A DNA stretch of 64,000 nucleotides from an uncultured Chloroflexia bacterium (GTDB lineage: Bacteria; Chloroflexota; Limnocylindria; Limnocylindrales; CSP1-4). A program made the position numbers and the translations under genes. The notes under the pieces are model-generated. The model did no database searches. It saw nothing but the letters and a program-made list of their open reading frames with translations, and was not told the origin of the DNA. Positions within the stretch are counted from its first letter, which is position 1. Every line of letters starts with the position of its first letter. Location of the stretch: positions 1,344,001 through 1,408,000 of the forward strand of contig CAWHDR010000001.1 of NCBI GenBank assembly GCA_963828165.1. Reading direction: 5' to 3'. Positions 1 through 10,888 of the stretch are shown one piece after another.

Positions 1-496
1 AGGCGACACCTGTCATGGACCCGAGGATGTCGATGGAGTACGCCTTGAGCGGTGGCATCGACTTCAGGAGTCCGCCGAGCGGGATGGCAAGCCCGCCATG
101 ATCACGGTCGCGAGCATCACCATCGCCGGCAGGACCAGGAAATTGATGTCGGCGCCGGTGCTTTCCGACAGGCCGAAGAAGATCTCGTCGGGCGAGGTGA
201 GCTCGATCCTGACCTGGAATTGGGTCACGAGCACGACCAGCGCCAGCAACACCGGGCCGAACGGGGAGATCTGGATCGCGGTCAGGGTCGCGACCCCAGA
301 GGATGCCGACGCCGATCCCGAGGAAGGACGCCATCAGCAGGAAGTTCCGGAAGTAACCGACGTAGATGACTTGTGCCGGGATCCAGCGGATGAGCAGCAG
401 CTCGACGAAGAGGATCGTCGTCGCCGTCAGGAATAGGCGGATCTCGGGGCGGCGAAGGACCCCAGGGGCCCCGAAACGCGCGGACACGGACGTCAT
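1..496 (-). CDS. Membrane-associated spermidine-synthase-like/methyltransferase protein, N-terminal part; runs off the window
   Basis: ATG at 496 reads MTSVSARFGAPGVLRRPEIRLFLTATTILFVELLLIRWIPAQVIYVGYFRNFLLMASFLGIGVG. The middle lies in another frame (ORF 64..252) and the read returns to frame near position 100 (AYSIDILGS), implying two compensating indels. Confidence 0.6.
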   Translation of the reverse strand, partial: MTSVSARFGAPGVLRRPEIRLFLTATTILFVELLLIRWIPAQVIYVGYFRNFLLMASFLGIGVGILWGRDPDRDPDLPVRPGVAGAGRARDPIPGQDRAHLARRDLLRPVGKHRRRHQFPGPAGDGDARDRDHGGLAIPLGGLLKSMPPLKAYSIDILGSMTGVA

Positions 497-594
497 TCGG
501 CGGAGCATAGCGTCCGGACTTGGCCCCGGGATGGCCCGAAGGTCCCAGTTGCGGCCGCAACCATCAAAGGGGCCTCGATGCTATCCTCGCGAAG

Positions 595-1788
595 ATGACC
601 GCCCTCGTCCTCGACGCTGAGCCCGCATGTCCCGGGGCCGCCGAGGCCCTCCCCGACACCACCGATCGTGCGCTCCGCACGTTGCGCGCCGAGCGCCGTC
701 CCTTCGATGCGATCGCGCGCGAGGACTGGGATCGCATCGCGGCACGGACCCCGTGGGCGACCGTCTTCTCCTCGTGGGCATTCCACCGCGCCTGGTGGGA
801 TGCCTACGCCGCCAATGCGCACGACGAGACCCTCGCCATCGTTCCGGCCGATGCTCCGCCCGGTGCCGCTCCCGTCGCGATCGTGCCCCTCATGCATCGC
901 CACGAGGTCGAGCCCTCGGACGCGCTCACCCACACGCGGATGCGCCACGGGCGGGATCTCGCGCTGACACCCGTCGCGCCGACGGACACGGCCGTGTTCT
1001 TCGGAGCCTCCTACCACGCCGACTACGCGACGATCCTCGCGGACCCGTCCGACCTGCCTGCCGTCGCTGCAGCGACCGCCGCCTACCTGGCGGGTCCGGA
1101 CGCGGACGAGTGGGACGTGGTCGACCTGCGACGACTGCGCTGCGCCGACCCGGCCGGTGACCAGCTGGCGGCCGCCTGGGCGCGCCTCGAGATGGCGAAC
1201 GACTGGACGCTCACCGTGGAGCGGGAGGACGTCTGCCCGGTCGTGACTTTTCCGGACGGCGTCGACATCGAAGGATTCCTCGCGACGCTCGGCAAGAAGG
1301 AGCGGCACGAGATCCGGCGCAAGGTCCGTCGCGCACAAGCCGTTGGCGAGATCCGCCTCGAGGACTCCGCCGACCCACTCGCCGACCTGGAAACCTTCAT
1401 CGCCCTGCACCAGAAGCGTTGGGGGGACGACGGCCTGTTCCCGGCGACCCCGGGGGGCGAGCAGAGCCGCGTGTTCATCCGCCGCCTGTTCGAACTGTTC
1501 GGGTCCGACGGCCCCCTTCGTCTGACCTTCCTCACGGTCGGCGGCCGGTGCATCGCGAGCGGGATCCACTTCGAGACCAGGGACTGCCTGCTGTACTACA
1601 ACGCCGGGGTCGACCCCGACGCGCGCGACCTCTCGCCGGGCGTCCTGATGATCCATGCCTACGTTTCGCGGGCCCTCGCGAACGGGACGCGACGGATGGA
1701 CTTCCTGCGGGGCAATGAGTCGTACAAGTACGAGTGGGGCGCCGTCGACGAGCCGATCCAGCGCATCCTCGTGCGACGAAGGGTCTGA
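595..1788 (+). CDS. GNAT family N-acetyltransferase (CelD/BcsL-like)
   Basis: ORF 520..1788 with KKERHEIRRKVRR, YNAG-D, SPGVLM and DFLRGNESYKYEWGA motifs. Start placed at ATG 595, behind TG-n-TATCCT. Confidence 0.85.
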   Translation: MTALVLDAEPACPGAAEALPDTTDRALRTLRAERRPFDAIAREDWDRIAARTPWATVFSSWAFHRAWWDAYAANAHDETLAIVPADAPPGAAPVAIVPLMHRHEVEPSDALTHTRMRHGRDLALTPVAPTDTAVFFGASYHADYATILADPSDLPAVAAATAAYLAGPDADEWDVVDLRRLRCADPAGDQLAAAWARLEMANDWTLTVEREDVCPVVTFPDGVDIEGFLATLGKKERHEIRRKVRRAQAVGEIRLEDSADPLADLETFIALHQKRWGDDGLFPATPGGEQSRVFIRRLFELFGSDGPLRLTFLTVGGRCIASGIHFETRDCLLYYNAGVDPDARDLSPGVLMIHAYVSRALANGTRRMDFLRGNESYKYEWGAVDEPIQRILVRRRV

Positions 1789-1789
1789 C

Positions 1790-2993
1790 ATGAGCCCCGA
1801 CGCGACGAAACCCCTGCCTCGACACGCTGGCGCGACCGGTGCCCTCGGGAGACCGACGGATCCGCGTCGTCGAGGTGCTCGCGACCGGGACCAACGGTGG
1901 CGCCCAGGAGCACCTGTACGGGCTCGTGACCCGGATCGACCCGACTCGCTACGACGTGTCGATCGTGGCGTTGTCGCCGGGAAGTGCCGTCCGCAAGCTC
2001 CAGCGAGCCGGCTTCGACGTGCTGGTCATCGACGAACCGGACGACGCGATCGCGGTCGGCGCCCTGGCGGCCCACATGGTGGAGGTCCGCCCCGACGTCA
2101 TCCACAATCACATGTATCGCGCCGAGCTCGTCGGCACGCGGGCGGCGATCGCGCTCGGCGAGATCGGCCATCGGAAGCCGTATGTCGTGTCGACCGTCCA
2201 CTCGAGCCGGATCCGGTCCGATGAGGATCGCCAGATGCTGCGCGAGCTCACGCCTCGGATGGACCAGTTGATCGCGGTCTCGAAGATGATGGAGCGCAAG
2301 CTCATCGATGAGGGCCGGACGGCGACGCCGGTGCGGCTCATCTACAACGGCGTCGACCTCTCGCCCTACGACGAACAGGAGCCGTGCTGCACACTGCCCG
2401 AGGAATACGGGATGGAGCCCGGTTCGCAGATCGTCGGCGTGGTCGCGCGGCTGGAGCCGGAAAAGGGTCATCCGACGCTGCTGGAGGCCTGGCCACAGGT
2501 TCTGCGCTCCGTGCCAGACGCCTATCTCCTGATCGTCGGCGAGGGATCGAGGCGAGAGGCGCTCGAGGCGCAGGCACGCCACCTGCGGATCGCCCATCGG
2601 GTCGTATTCACTGGCCGCCGTGACGACGTCCCAGCCGTGACCGCAGCCCTCGACGTGGCCGTCCTGCCGTCGTACCGCGAGGCGCAGGGCCTTTCGATCC
2701 TGGAGGCGATGGCGCTGTCGCGCCCGGTCGTCGCATCCGACGTCGGCGGCATCCCCGAGATGATCACCGATGGCGTCACGGGCCTCCTGGTCCCGCCCCA
2801 TGACGCTGACGCGCTCGCCGGCGCGATCACCCGGCTCCTGCTCGACCACTCCCTTGCCGACACGATCGCTCGAGCCGCGCACGACATGGTCCACGATCGC
2901 TTCTGCATCCAGCTGATGGTCGATGCCATCGAGGCGATCTACGACGAGGGCGCCGCCGCCGTGCGCCCGTCTGAGGTTGCAGCCGCCGTCTGA
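1790..2993 (+). CDS. Glycosyltransferase family 4 (GT-B)
   Basis: GGAQ, VARLEPEKG and EAQGLSILEAMA...DVGGIPE motifs in ORF 1839..2993. ATG 1790 is out of frame, so a 5' indel is likely. Confidence 0.9.
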
Positions 2994-3335
2994 GTCGGCT
3001 GTCCGGCCGCTCGCCACCAGTGGCGCGATCGTACGTGAAGCCCCGCTCGCGGAATGTGGTGCGTCGATGCGGTCGGAGGACTCCATCGGGGCTGGTCAGA
3101 GGTAGTACTAACGGCTACTCTTCGGCCTCGGGTGGTCGGGCATTCTGTTGCGCGAGCATCTATCCACGAGCCGGTGGCGCCCGGCTGGGAGGCGAGAGAA
3201 GTGGATGGCGTACGGATCGGAAGGGGTCGTGCCGTCCCGCTCGACCGTCGACGCAGCGAAGCTGCGCTCTGGCCCGGCGTCGGGCGGATCGGTATCCGTC
3301 GGCTTACCTGGGAGCCCGACCTCAGTCGGGACGCG

Positions 3336-4145
3336 ATGCTGCTGATCGGGATCCTTGTTGGCCTTGCCCAGGCAGGGGGCTGGTTCGCCGTACCCGTTGA
3401 TGCGCTCGCCTATTGGCAAGCGGGAACATCGACCAGCCTCTATCCGGAGACGTGGTCGGAGGTCGGCAACGGCTATCTCTTCTACCCACCGCCGGTGGCC
3501 CAGATCTCGACATTGCTCCAGCCAATCGGATGGCCCGCGTTCATCCTCCTGCTGACGGCCGCGACCTTCGCCGCGTTCTGGTACTGCGCCAGGCGCTGGT
3601 CACTTCCGCTTGTCGTGCTCGGAATCCCATACTTCCTCGGCATCGGCCCGGACCTGCCCGGGATGTTCCTGGCATATGCATTGATCGGCAATCTCCAGTG
3701 GATCCTCGCCGCGCTCGCGATCATGGCGTTGCGCCATCCCGCACTCTGGGCCGTCGAGCTCGTCACGAAGATCACCGCCGCGATCGGCTGGTGGTGGCAC
3801 CCGATCCGTGGCGAGTGGCGCGCCGGGGCGATCGGGGCAGGGTCGAGTGCCGTCCTCATCGGCGTCTCGTTCGCGCTCGCCCCTCAACTCTGGTTCGATT
3901 TCATCGACTTTGCGATGCGCAATGGCACGATGGCCGACCCGCCGTTCCCGCAGTTCCCGATCCCATTCGGCATCCGTCTCGCGACCGCCGTACCCGTGCT
4001 CGTCTGGGGCGCTCGGACGAACAGAGCCTGGACCGTCCCCGCGGTCGTGGGCTGGTCCCTGCCTGCCGTGCACACCGCCGGCTTCCTGCCATTCTGGGTG
4101 GCCGCGTGGCAGGTGAGGAGCGCCTCCAAGGCGCTGGCCGCGTAG
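3336..4145 (+). CDS. GT87/DUF2029-like membrane glycosyltransferase (GT-C fold)
   Basis: D-ALAYW...LY...YLFYPPP motif, GN motif and many TM segments. Start uncertain (ORF open from 3054). Confidence 0.6.
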   Translation: MLLIGILVGLAQAGGWFAVPVDALAYWQAGTSTSLYPETWSEVGNGYLFYPPPVAQISTLLQPIGWPAFILLLTAATFAAFWYCARRWSLPLVVLGIPYFLGIGPDLPGMFLAYALIGNLQWILAALAIMALRHPALWAVELVTKITAAIGWWWHPIRGEWRAGAIGAGSSAVLIGVSFALAPQLWFDFIDFAMRNGTMADPPFPQFPIPFGIRLATAVPVLVWGARTNRAWTVPAVVGWSLPAVHTAGFLPFWVAAWQVRSASKALAA

Positions 4146-4192
4146 GCCGACGAGAACGTTTCGGCCGACTGTGTGCTAGTCGGCGGTGGCAA

Positions 4193-5092
4193 TCACCCGC
4201 TCGGGGTCGCTAATGCCGGTACCGCCGCCGCGCGTGCGAGACGCGCCCGCCGTGCCCGCCACCAGATCTCGATCGCGGCCACGATCGCGGCGACGGCCGG
4301 GCCACCCTGGACCGGTGCCGCCAGGATTGCCGCCGTGAGCGGTGTCAGGGCGGGCAACGCCATCAGGGAGTAGTACCACTGGGTCGAGGGCCACAACGCC
4401 GGGATGAACCACCACGATGCGCGCTGACGGCCCATCGCGATCAGGGCTATCACCGCGAACGGCACGAGCACCGGAAAGAACCACGCCGACATCCCGCCCT
4501 GCGACTGTTCCGAGAGCAGCGTCGATGTCTCCGACAGCCGACTGAGCCAGAGGCCCCACGGGAGCAACGGCGCTGTCACGAGCACGATCGCGCCCGACAC
4601 GATGACCGCCCTGAGCCGCAGCTGGATGATCAGCGGAACGATCGCATAGACCTTGACGATCGGCGCGAACCAGGCTGCGCCACCGATCAGCAAGGGGACC
4701 AGGAAGAGCTGCGGGTTGCCGTTCCACAGGTTGTCCACGAGCGGGGGCCACGTGATCCACCACCACGGCAGGCCGAGCCGCCGCAGCGTCCAGACCGACG
4801 CGGTGAGCGATAGCATGAACAGGACCGCCAATCCGACGGGCTCCGGCAGGAGCGCGAACGGGGCCATCGGCAGGAGCGACGGCGGCGCGGCTGCGAAGTA
4901 GAGCGTCGTCATGTGGACCGACCAGGGGTCCTCTCCCCGCAGCCAAGCCGCCGTCCCGCGCAGGTACAGCGTCGAGTCGGAGAAGGGATCCGCGGTCGCG
5001 AGATGAGCGAGGCGCATCACGGACAACGTGATGAACCAGGCGGCGAGGGCCGCGTCGCCGACGCGGCCCCAGCGGATGGCCGTGGCGTGCAC
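4193..5092 (-). CDS. GT87-like membrane glycosyltransferase
   Basis: DSTLY...AWLRGEDPW...YFAAAPP, PPLVDNLWNGNPQ and KVY motifs; hydrophobic. Confidence 0.65.
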   Translation of the reverse strand: MHATAIRWGRVGDAALAAWFITLSVMRLAHLATADPFSDSTLYLRGTAAWLRGEDPWSVHMTTLYFAAAPPSLLPMAPFALLPEPVGLAVLFMLSLTASVWTLRRLGLPWWWITWPPLVDNLWNGNPQLFLVPLLIGGAAWFAPIVKVYAIVPLIIQLRLRAVIVSGAIVLVTAPLLPWGLWLSRLSETSTLLSEQSQGGMSAWFFPVLVPFAVIALIAMGRQRASWWFIPALWPSTQWYYSLMALPALTPLTAAILAAPVQGGPAVAAIVAAIEIWWRARRARLARAAAVPALATPSG

Positions 5093-5179
5093 GTCCGCAA
5101 ACTACATGGAACCGACGACGCCGGATGCGGGACTTTCGAACTGGTGCGTACCGGCACCGCGGCGCGCTAGCATCCCGGC

Positions 5180-6631
5180 GTGTCACTGAACCGACTATGG
5201 ACGTTCCTGGCCGTTGCCCTGCCCGTCCTGGCAGCGCTCCTTGCCAGCCTCTCGTCGGTCGATCTCGCCTACCATCTGCGTGCCGGCGATGAGATCGCCC
5301 GGACGGGCGCGATCCCGCGCGTTGACACGTGGACATTCACCGCGGACCGCCTTCCTTGGCTCGACCAGCAATGGGGGTCGCAGGTCATCCTCTCGGCGGT
5401 CTACCGTATCGCTGACTGGACGGGCCTCGCGCTGGTTCGAGCGGGGCTCGTGGGCGTGGTCTTCACGGCAATACTCTCGATCGGGCTCCGACGCGGCCTG
5501 TCGCCGAGGAACGCGGGGCTCCTGACTCTCGGCGCGTTCGCCGTCGCGGCGCCGGCACTCGCGCTTCGGCCGCAGTTGCTGGGCATGGCCTGCTTCGCGA
5601 TCCTGCTCGTTCTTGTGTCGGAGCGGCGCCGCCATCCGGCCGCTTTCTGGGCGATCCCCTTCCTGGTGCTCGTGTGGGCGAACCTCCACGGTAGCTTCTT
5701 CCTCGCGCCCGTCGTGCTCGGCCTCGCCTGGCTCGACGACGTGGCCGAACGCCGGCCTGGAGCGCACCGGACGCTCCTCATCGCGCTCGTGAGCGTCGCG
5801 GCGTCGTCCTTGACGCCCTTTGGTCCCGCCGTGTGGGGCTACGCGGTCGGGCTGTCGACGAACCCTGAAGTGGCAAGCCGTATCACGGAATGGCAGCCGC
5901 CCACGATCCGGGATGGGACCGGCATCCTGTTCTTCCTGTCGGTCGCCGCGGTCGTCATGTTGATGGCACGGAGCGGGCGCGCCGTTCCGTGGCCCACCCT
6001 GGCATGGATCGGCGTGTTCGCGGCGCTCGGGCTCTACGCGCAGCGCGGCCTCGCCTGGTGGTCGCTCGCGGGTGCCGTGGCGGTCATCGGCCTGCTCCCA
6101 CCGGCCGCTGATACACCCGAGCTCGTAACGCCTCCGACCCTGCGGCGTCTCAACGTCGCCGTGGCGGCGATACTGGTGCTGGCCGGTATCGCGCTGCTCC
6201 CGATGTGGCGCCCGATCGAGGCGGGGACCGGAGTGCCGGTCGGCGTCCTGACGGACGCGCCGCCGGGCGTCACGGCCGCCCTCCGAGGTGCGGCGCAACC
6301 CGGTGACCACGTCTTCAACCCACAGCCGTGGGGCTCATGGTTCGAGTTCGCGCTGCCGGACCTGAAGGCGGGACTCGATTCCCGGATCGAGTTCTTTCCG
6401 ACCGTGGTCTGGGAGGACTATGAACTGGTCGTGGCGGGAGGCGCCGGCTGGGAGGAACGCCTGGCCGCGTGGAAGGTGTCGATCGTCGTCGTCCAGGCGG
6501 CGGATAGCGGCTTCCGGGATCGGCTGATCGCCGCCGGCTGGACGAGAGGTCTACGACGACAACGAGGGCACGATCCTCATGGATCGGCGACTCCGGTGCG
6601 CTCGTCGCTGCGTTGCACGCTTGGCCCATGA
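5180..6631 (+). CDS. Polytopic membrane protein, probable GT-C glycosyltransferase
   Basis: DLAYHLRAG, W-DQQW, LRPQ, LWANLHGSF, ITEW and DSR motifs. C-terminus probably frameshifted near 6545. Confidence 0.65.
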   Translation: MSLNRLWTFLAVALPVLAALLASLSSVDLAYHLRAGDEIARTGAIPRVDTWTFTADRLPWLDQQWGSQVILSAVYRIADWTGLALVRAGLVGVVFTAILSIGLRRGLSPRNAGLLTLGAFAVAAPALALRPQLLGMACFAILLVLVSERRRHPAAFWAIPFLVLVWANLHGSFFLAPVVLGLAWLDDVAERRPGAHRTLLIALVSVAASSLTPFGPAVWGYAVGLSTNPEVASRITEWQPPTIRDGTGILFFLSVAAVVMLMARSGRAVPWPTLAWIGVFAALGLYAQRGLAWWSLAGAVAVIGLLPPAADTPELVTPPTLRRLNVAVAAILVLAGIALLPMWRPIEAGTGVPVGVLTDAPPGVTAALRGAAQPGDHVFNPQPWGSWFEFALPDLKAGLDSRIEFFPTVVWEDYELVVAGGAGWEERLAAWKVSIVVVQAADSGFRDRLIAAGWTRGLRRQRGHDPHGSATPVRSSLRCTLGP

Positions 6632-6771
6632 CACAGGCTCGACGCGACATGCGACACGGCCTATGGCATCGTGACTTCGGCACAGGCAACTTAGCGCACC
6701 GACCGCTGCCTCTGACTACGCTTGAGCGTGCCTTCGGTTGATAAGCGACCGCGTACCGGGACGCTTGGCAC

Positions 6772-7790
6772 ATGACCGCAACGCAGGTAGGGGCCGTGGA
6801 CTTGATCGAGACGTCAGTTGACGTGACACGAGGCGGCGGGACACGTTCGATGCATTCCCGGTCGAGATCTTGTGATCGTCCCGGTGTATCGCTCGGCGGC
6901 GATCCTTCCGAACTGCACGCCGCCTCATCGAGGCTCTCGAGACCATCGCCAACCGATACGAGATGGTCTTCGTGGAGGACGCCGGCGGAGAGGAGTCCTG
7001 ATCTGTGATCGAGAATCGTGCGTGGCGACACGCGCCTTAGCGGTATCGGATGAGCCGCATCTACGGACAGCACAACGCGCTGCTGTGCGGGATCCGGGAC
7101 GCGCGCTACGAGATCGTCGTCACCCTTGATGACGATCTGCAGAACCCACCGGAAGAGATCGGCAAGCTCGTTGGACTGCTTATTGCCGATGACATGGACG
7201 TCGTCTACGGCACGCCCAGCCACGGACAGCACGGTTTCCTGCGCGACCAGGGCTCACACGATCACGAAACTGGCGCTTAAAGCGCGATGGGTGCCGAGAC
7301 GGCTCGGCATGTCAGTGCGTTCAGGGCCTTCCGCACCCGCCTCCGGGACGCATTCGAAGCGTATGGGGGGCCTGTACGTTTCGATCGACGTGCTGCTGAC
7401 CTGGGGGACGACGCGCTTCTCCCACGTGTCCGTTCGGCACGATGCACGCAGAAGTCGGCAGCTCCAACTACACAATGCGCACAGCTCGCCACGCACGCCT
7501 TGAACATCATGACCGGCTTCAGCACGCTGCCGTTGCAGAGCGCCAGCGCTGCTCGGGTTTGTATTGACGCTGTTCGGCGTGGCGGATCCTAGCGGTCGTG
7601 CTGAGCGTCGTACATCGTTTGCGGCAGGCAGAACGGTGCCTGGGTTCGCGTTCCTGCCTCCATCATCGCGATATTCAGCGGCGCGCAGATGTTCGCGCTT
7701 GGCATCATCGGCGAACATCTAGCATGGAACGCACACGAGCGTGGCTCGGCCGGTAGACGGCTTCTATCAGATCGGCATCAACTGACGCCG
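6772..7790 (+). CDS. GT2 polyprenol-phosphate glycosyltransferase (GtrB/ArnC-like), heavily frameshifted as read
   Basis: Fragments IVPVYRS, YGQHNALLCG...VTLDDDLQNPPEEI, SAFRAFRT, SIDVLLTWGT, MTGFSTLPL and FALGIIGE occur in changing frames. Ends approximate. Confidence 0.75.
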
Positions 7791-7821
7791 GTAGAGCCTG
7801 CTCGACGAGGGTCCATACAAG

Positions 7822-8614
7822 ATGCTGTCACGCAGCACCCGCGCGGTATCGAGAAAGCCGGTGCCGCGATTGAGTGCACCCTGGTTCCGTGGGACTCGGA
7901 AATCTTCGGATTCCCGGTGGCACAGATCACCCGAATGGAGCTGCGACGAGGGGGCAAAGACCGAGGACCTATTGAGCGCATTCGACGCCTGGTGTGCGGA
8001 TCGAAATGTTCGACTTAGTGTCCTGTCGGCTCGACCATGCGCAACTCCGGGAATTTATGGTTCTCGAAGGTATCGGCTTTCGTTTCGTGGAGGTGGTGCA
8101 CTCAGTGCGGCTCGATACCTTCGATGCTGCCATCACCCCGCGCCACCAGATCCAAGTCTTGAGTGCAGCGGCCGACGACCTGGCCTCCATCGAAGAGATC
8201 GCATACGCGGCGTTCGAGACGGGCCGCTTCCTGCTCGACTGGCGCCTCCAACCTGAGCTCAGCAAACAGCGCTACGCGACCTGGGTGCGCAACAGCTTTC
8301 AAACGCCCGGCCAATCCGTGCTCAAAGCCGAGGTTGGATGGAGATCTCATCGGGTTTTTGATTGTCGAAATCCGTGACGATGGGAGCGTGTACTGGCACC
8401 TTACCGCCATCGCCCCGGGGTGGCAGGGGAAAGGCTTGGGCATGAGCTTGTGGCAGACCATGCTCATAAGGCATCGGGCAGAAGGAGCGAGCTCCGTTGA
8501 AACCACGATCTCGGCTCACAATCTGCCGGGGTCTAAATCTGTACGCCCGGTTTGGGCTTTGCCTCAGCTTCTGCACAGATGACATTCCATTGGCTACGGG
8601 ATCCCGGCCAATGA
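7822..8614 (+). CDS. GNAT acetyltransferase, WecD-like (dTDP-fucosamine acetyltransferase-like), frameshifted
   Basis: Fragments PWDSEIFGFPVAQI, AFETGRF..D....SKQRYATWV, WQGKGLG and ISAHN..LYARFG. Confidence 0.65.
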
Positions 8615-8678
8615 TCGAGGGGGGCGGACTTCGCGCAAGTCGACGGATGTCGCCCGACAGCGGACCGGTCCTAGTCGG

Positions 8679-9586
8679 ATGAGGGTCTGCAGCGCCTGCG
8701 GCTCGGATGCGGTGCACGGATGCCTGGGTCTGCGCGACTGTGGCAACAAGCCCGAGGTTGTGGGCGGATTCACTTGATTCACTACGGCGTTGTCATCGGA
8801 GCGAGCAGGCTTTCGGGAAGAGTTCTTCGCCGATCTGGACGACCGTAGAGGCGGGCAGTTTCTGGTTTCAGGCTCGCAGCGCATCTCATCATGTGGGCCA
8901 TGGAGAGAGTATTTCCCCGAGCCCCGGTAGCTTCTTCGAAATCGGATGCGGCACCGGCTTCGTTCTCAGCGGAATCCGGTCCGCATTTCCAGCGACGAAG
9001 CTCTACAGGAAGTGAAATCTTCGCGGCAGGTTTGGAGTTTGCGGCGAAACGCGTGCCTATCCGCGTCAGCTCTACCAGATGGATGCGAGCGAACATCACG
9101 TTCCGGGAAGAGTTCGATGTGGTCGGGGCATACGACGTCCTCGAACATATCGATGAGGACGAGGTGGTCATAAGAGGAAGTCGCTAAAGCTCTTCGCCCT
9201 GGCGGTGGGTCTCCTCATCTCCGTCCCGCAGCATCCCGGCTTGTGGAGCGCGCAAGACGAGCACGCATTCCACGTCCGCCGATATGTCGGGAGGGAGCTT
9301 CATAGCAAGGTCGAGGGGCGGGTTCGCCGCCCGTTCGAATGACTTCATTCGTGTCATTCTCCTCCCGGTGATGCTCACCTGTCAGTCTACTGATGCGGGC
9401 CCCGAAGGACGAGATCGGGGAGTTCGACGCGATCGATACCCTACGGCTGCCACGCTTGGTCAACAAGGCGCTCGAAGCCGTGATGACGCTCGAGCGTGTT
9501 CTCATCCGCCACGGGATGTCATTCCCAGCTGGGGGATCGCTCTGCTGGTCGGCCGTAAGCGCGAGATCGCTCAAGGGCGGCCGTGA
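8679..9586 (+). CDS. Class I SAM-dependent methyltransferase with N-terminal Cys pairs, frameshifted
   Basis: MRVCSACG start; SFWFQAR, EIGCGTG, FDVVGAYDVLEHI and VPQHP.LWS..DE..HVRRY fragments. Confidence 0.75.
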
Positions 9587-10730
9587 TCCCCTTCAATAGG
9601 CCGTTCATGACGGGGCGAGAGCTCTCGTACATCGCACAGGCGCACGCCAACGGGCACCTTGCGGGAAACGGAGAGTTCTCCAAGCGGTGTTCTGCGTGGC
9701 TCGAGGACCGCGTCGGGAGCTCAGCAGGGCGCTGCTGACGCACTCGTGCACCGCCGCGCTGGAGATGGCCGCGCATCCTGACGGTCTCGGGGCCGGGCGA
9801 CGAGGTGATCATGCCGTCGTTCACGTTCGTCTCGACGGCCAACGCCGTTCGCGCTGCGCGGCGCGACGCCCGTCTTCGTCGACGTCCGCGCCGGACACCC
9901 TGAACCTCGACGAGTCGCTGCATCGAGGCGGCCATCACGCCGCGCACGCAAGGCGATCGTGCCCGTCCACTACGCCGGCGTCGGCTGCGACATGGACGCG
10001 ATCATGGCCGATCGCCGATCGCGCACGAGCTGCGTGGTCATCGAGGACGCCGCGCAAGGCTCTGCTGGCCAGCTATCGACGGCCGGCCGCTCGGTGGCAT
10101 CGGCGACACTGCGGCGCTCTCAGCTTCCACGAGACCAAGAACGTCATCTGCGGCGAGGGCGGGGCGCTGCTCGTCAACGACCCCGCGCTGATCGAGCGGG
10201 CCGAGATCCTCCGGGAGAAGGGCACCGAACCGGAGCCAGCTTCTTCCGCGGCGAGGTGGACAAGTACACCTGGGTCGACATCGGCTCCTCTTATCTGCCC
10301 GGCGAGATCGTCGCCGCGTTCCTGTGGGCGCGATGGAGAGGCCGACGCGATCACCGCCCGCCGCATGGACATCTGGCAGGCCTACCACGACGCTTCGTCG
10401 AAGCTCGAGGCCGAAGCTCGTTCGCGTCCGGTCGTTCCGGAGCGACTGTCGAGCACAACGCCCACCTGTACTAGTGCTGTTGCCGGAGCGAGCCGTCGCG
10501 GCGCCGTCATCGAACGCGTCTCGTCGCCAACGCGGCATTCAGGCCGGTGTTCCACTACGTGCCCCTGCACACCTCGCCATTCGGCCGATGCGGCCGGACG
10601 CTACGTGGGCGCCATGAGGAACACGGTCGAGGTCAACGAGCGGTTGCTGCGCCTACCGCTCTGGCTCGGTCTCGAAGACCAGCAAGATTTGGTTATCGCA
10701 GAGGTGATCGAGGCCGTCCAGGCGAATTGA
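9583..10730 (+). CDS. wecE: dTDP-4-amino-4,6-dideoxygalactose transaminase (WecE/RffA), frameshifted
   Basis: GTG-IPFNRP start; LLTHSCTAALEMAA, SFHETKNVICGEGGAL, FFRGEVDKYTWVDIGSSYLP, FHYVPLH and LLRLPLW. Confidence 0.85.
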
Positions 10731-10888
10731 CCCCGGGCGGCTCCTTCTTTCGTAAGTCCGGATGTGGCGGTGTCCTTCCGAGTGATGGCCAGCGGGTCGA
10801 GCACCCTCACCCGGGTGTCGAAGGTGGGTCTAGCTCCGGATATTGGGACGCGCAATGGCAATGGTGGCCGCATCGCGCGTTGCCTCGC

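Noticed and set aside
6772-10730. Pseudogenisation or programmed frameshifting of the sugar cassette
   Set aside because: Indels are numerous and scattered while catalytic motifs are intact. Sequencing error is more parsimonious.
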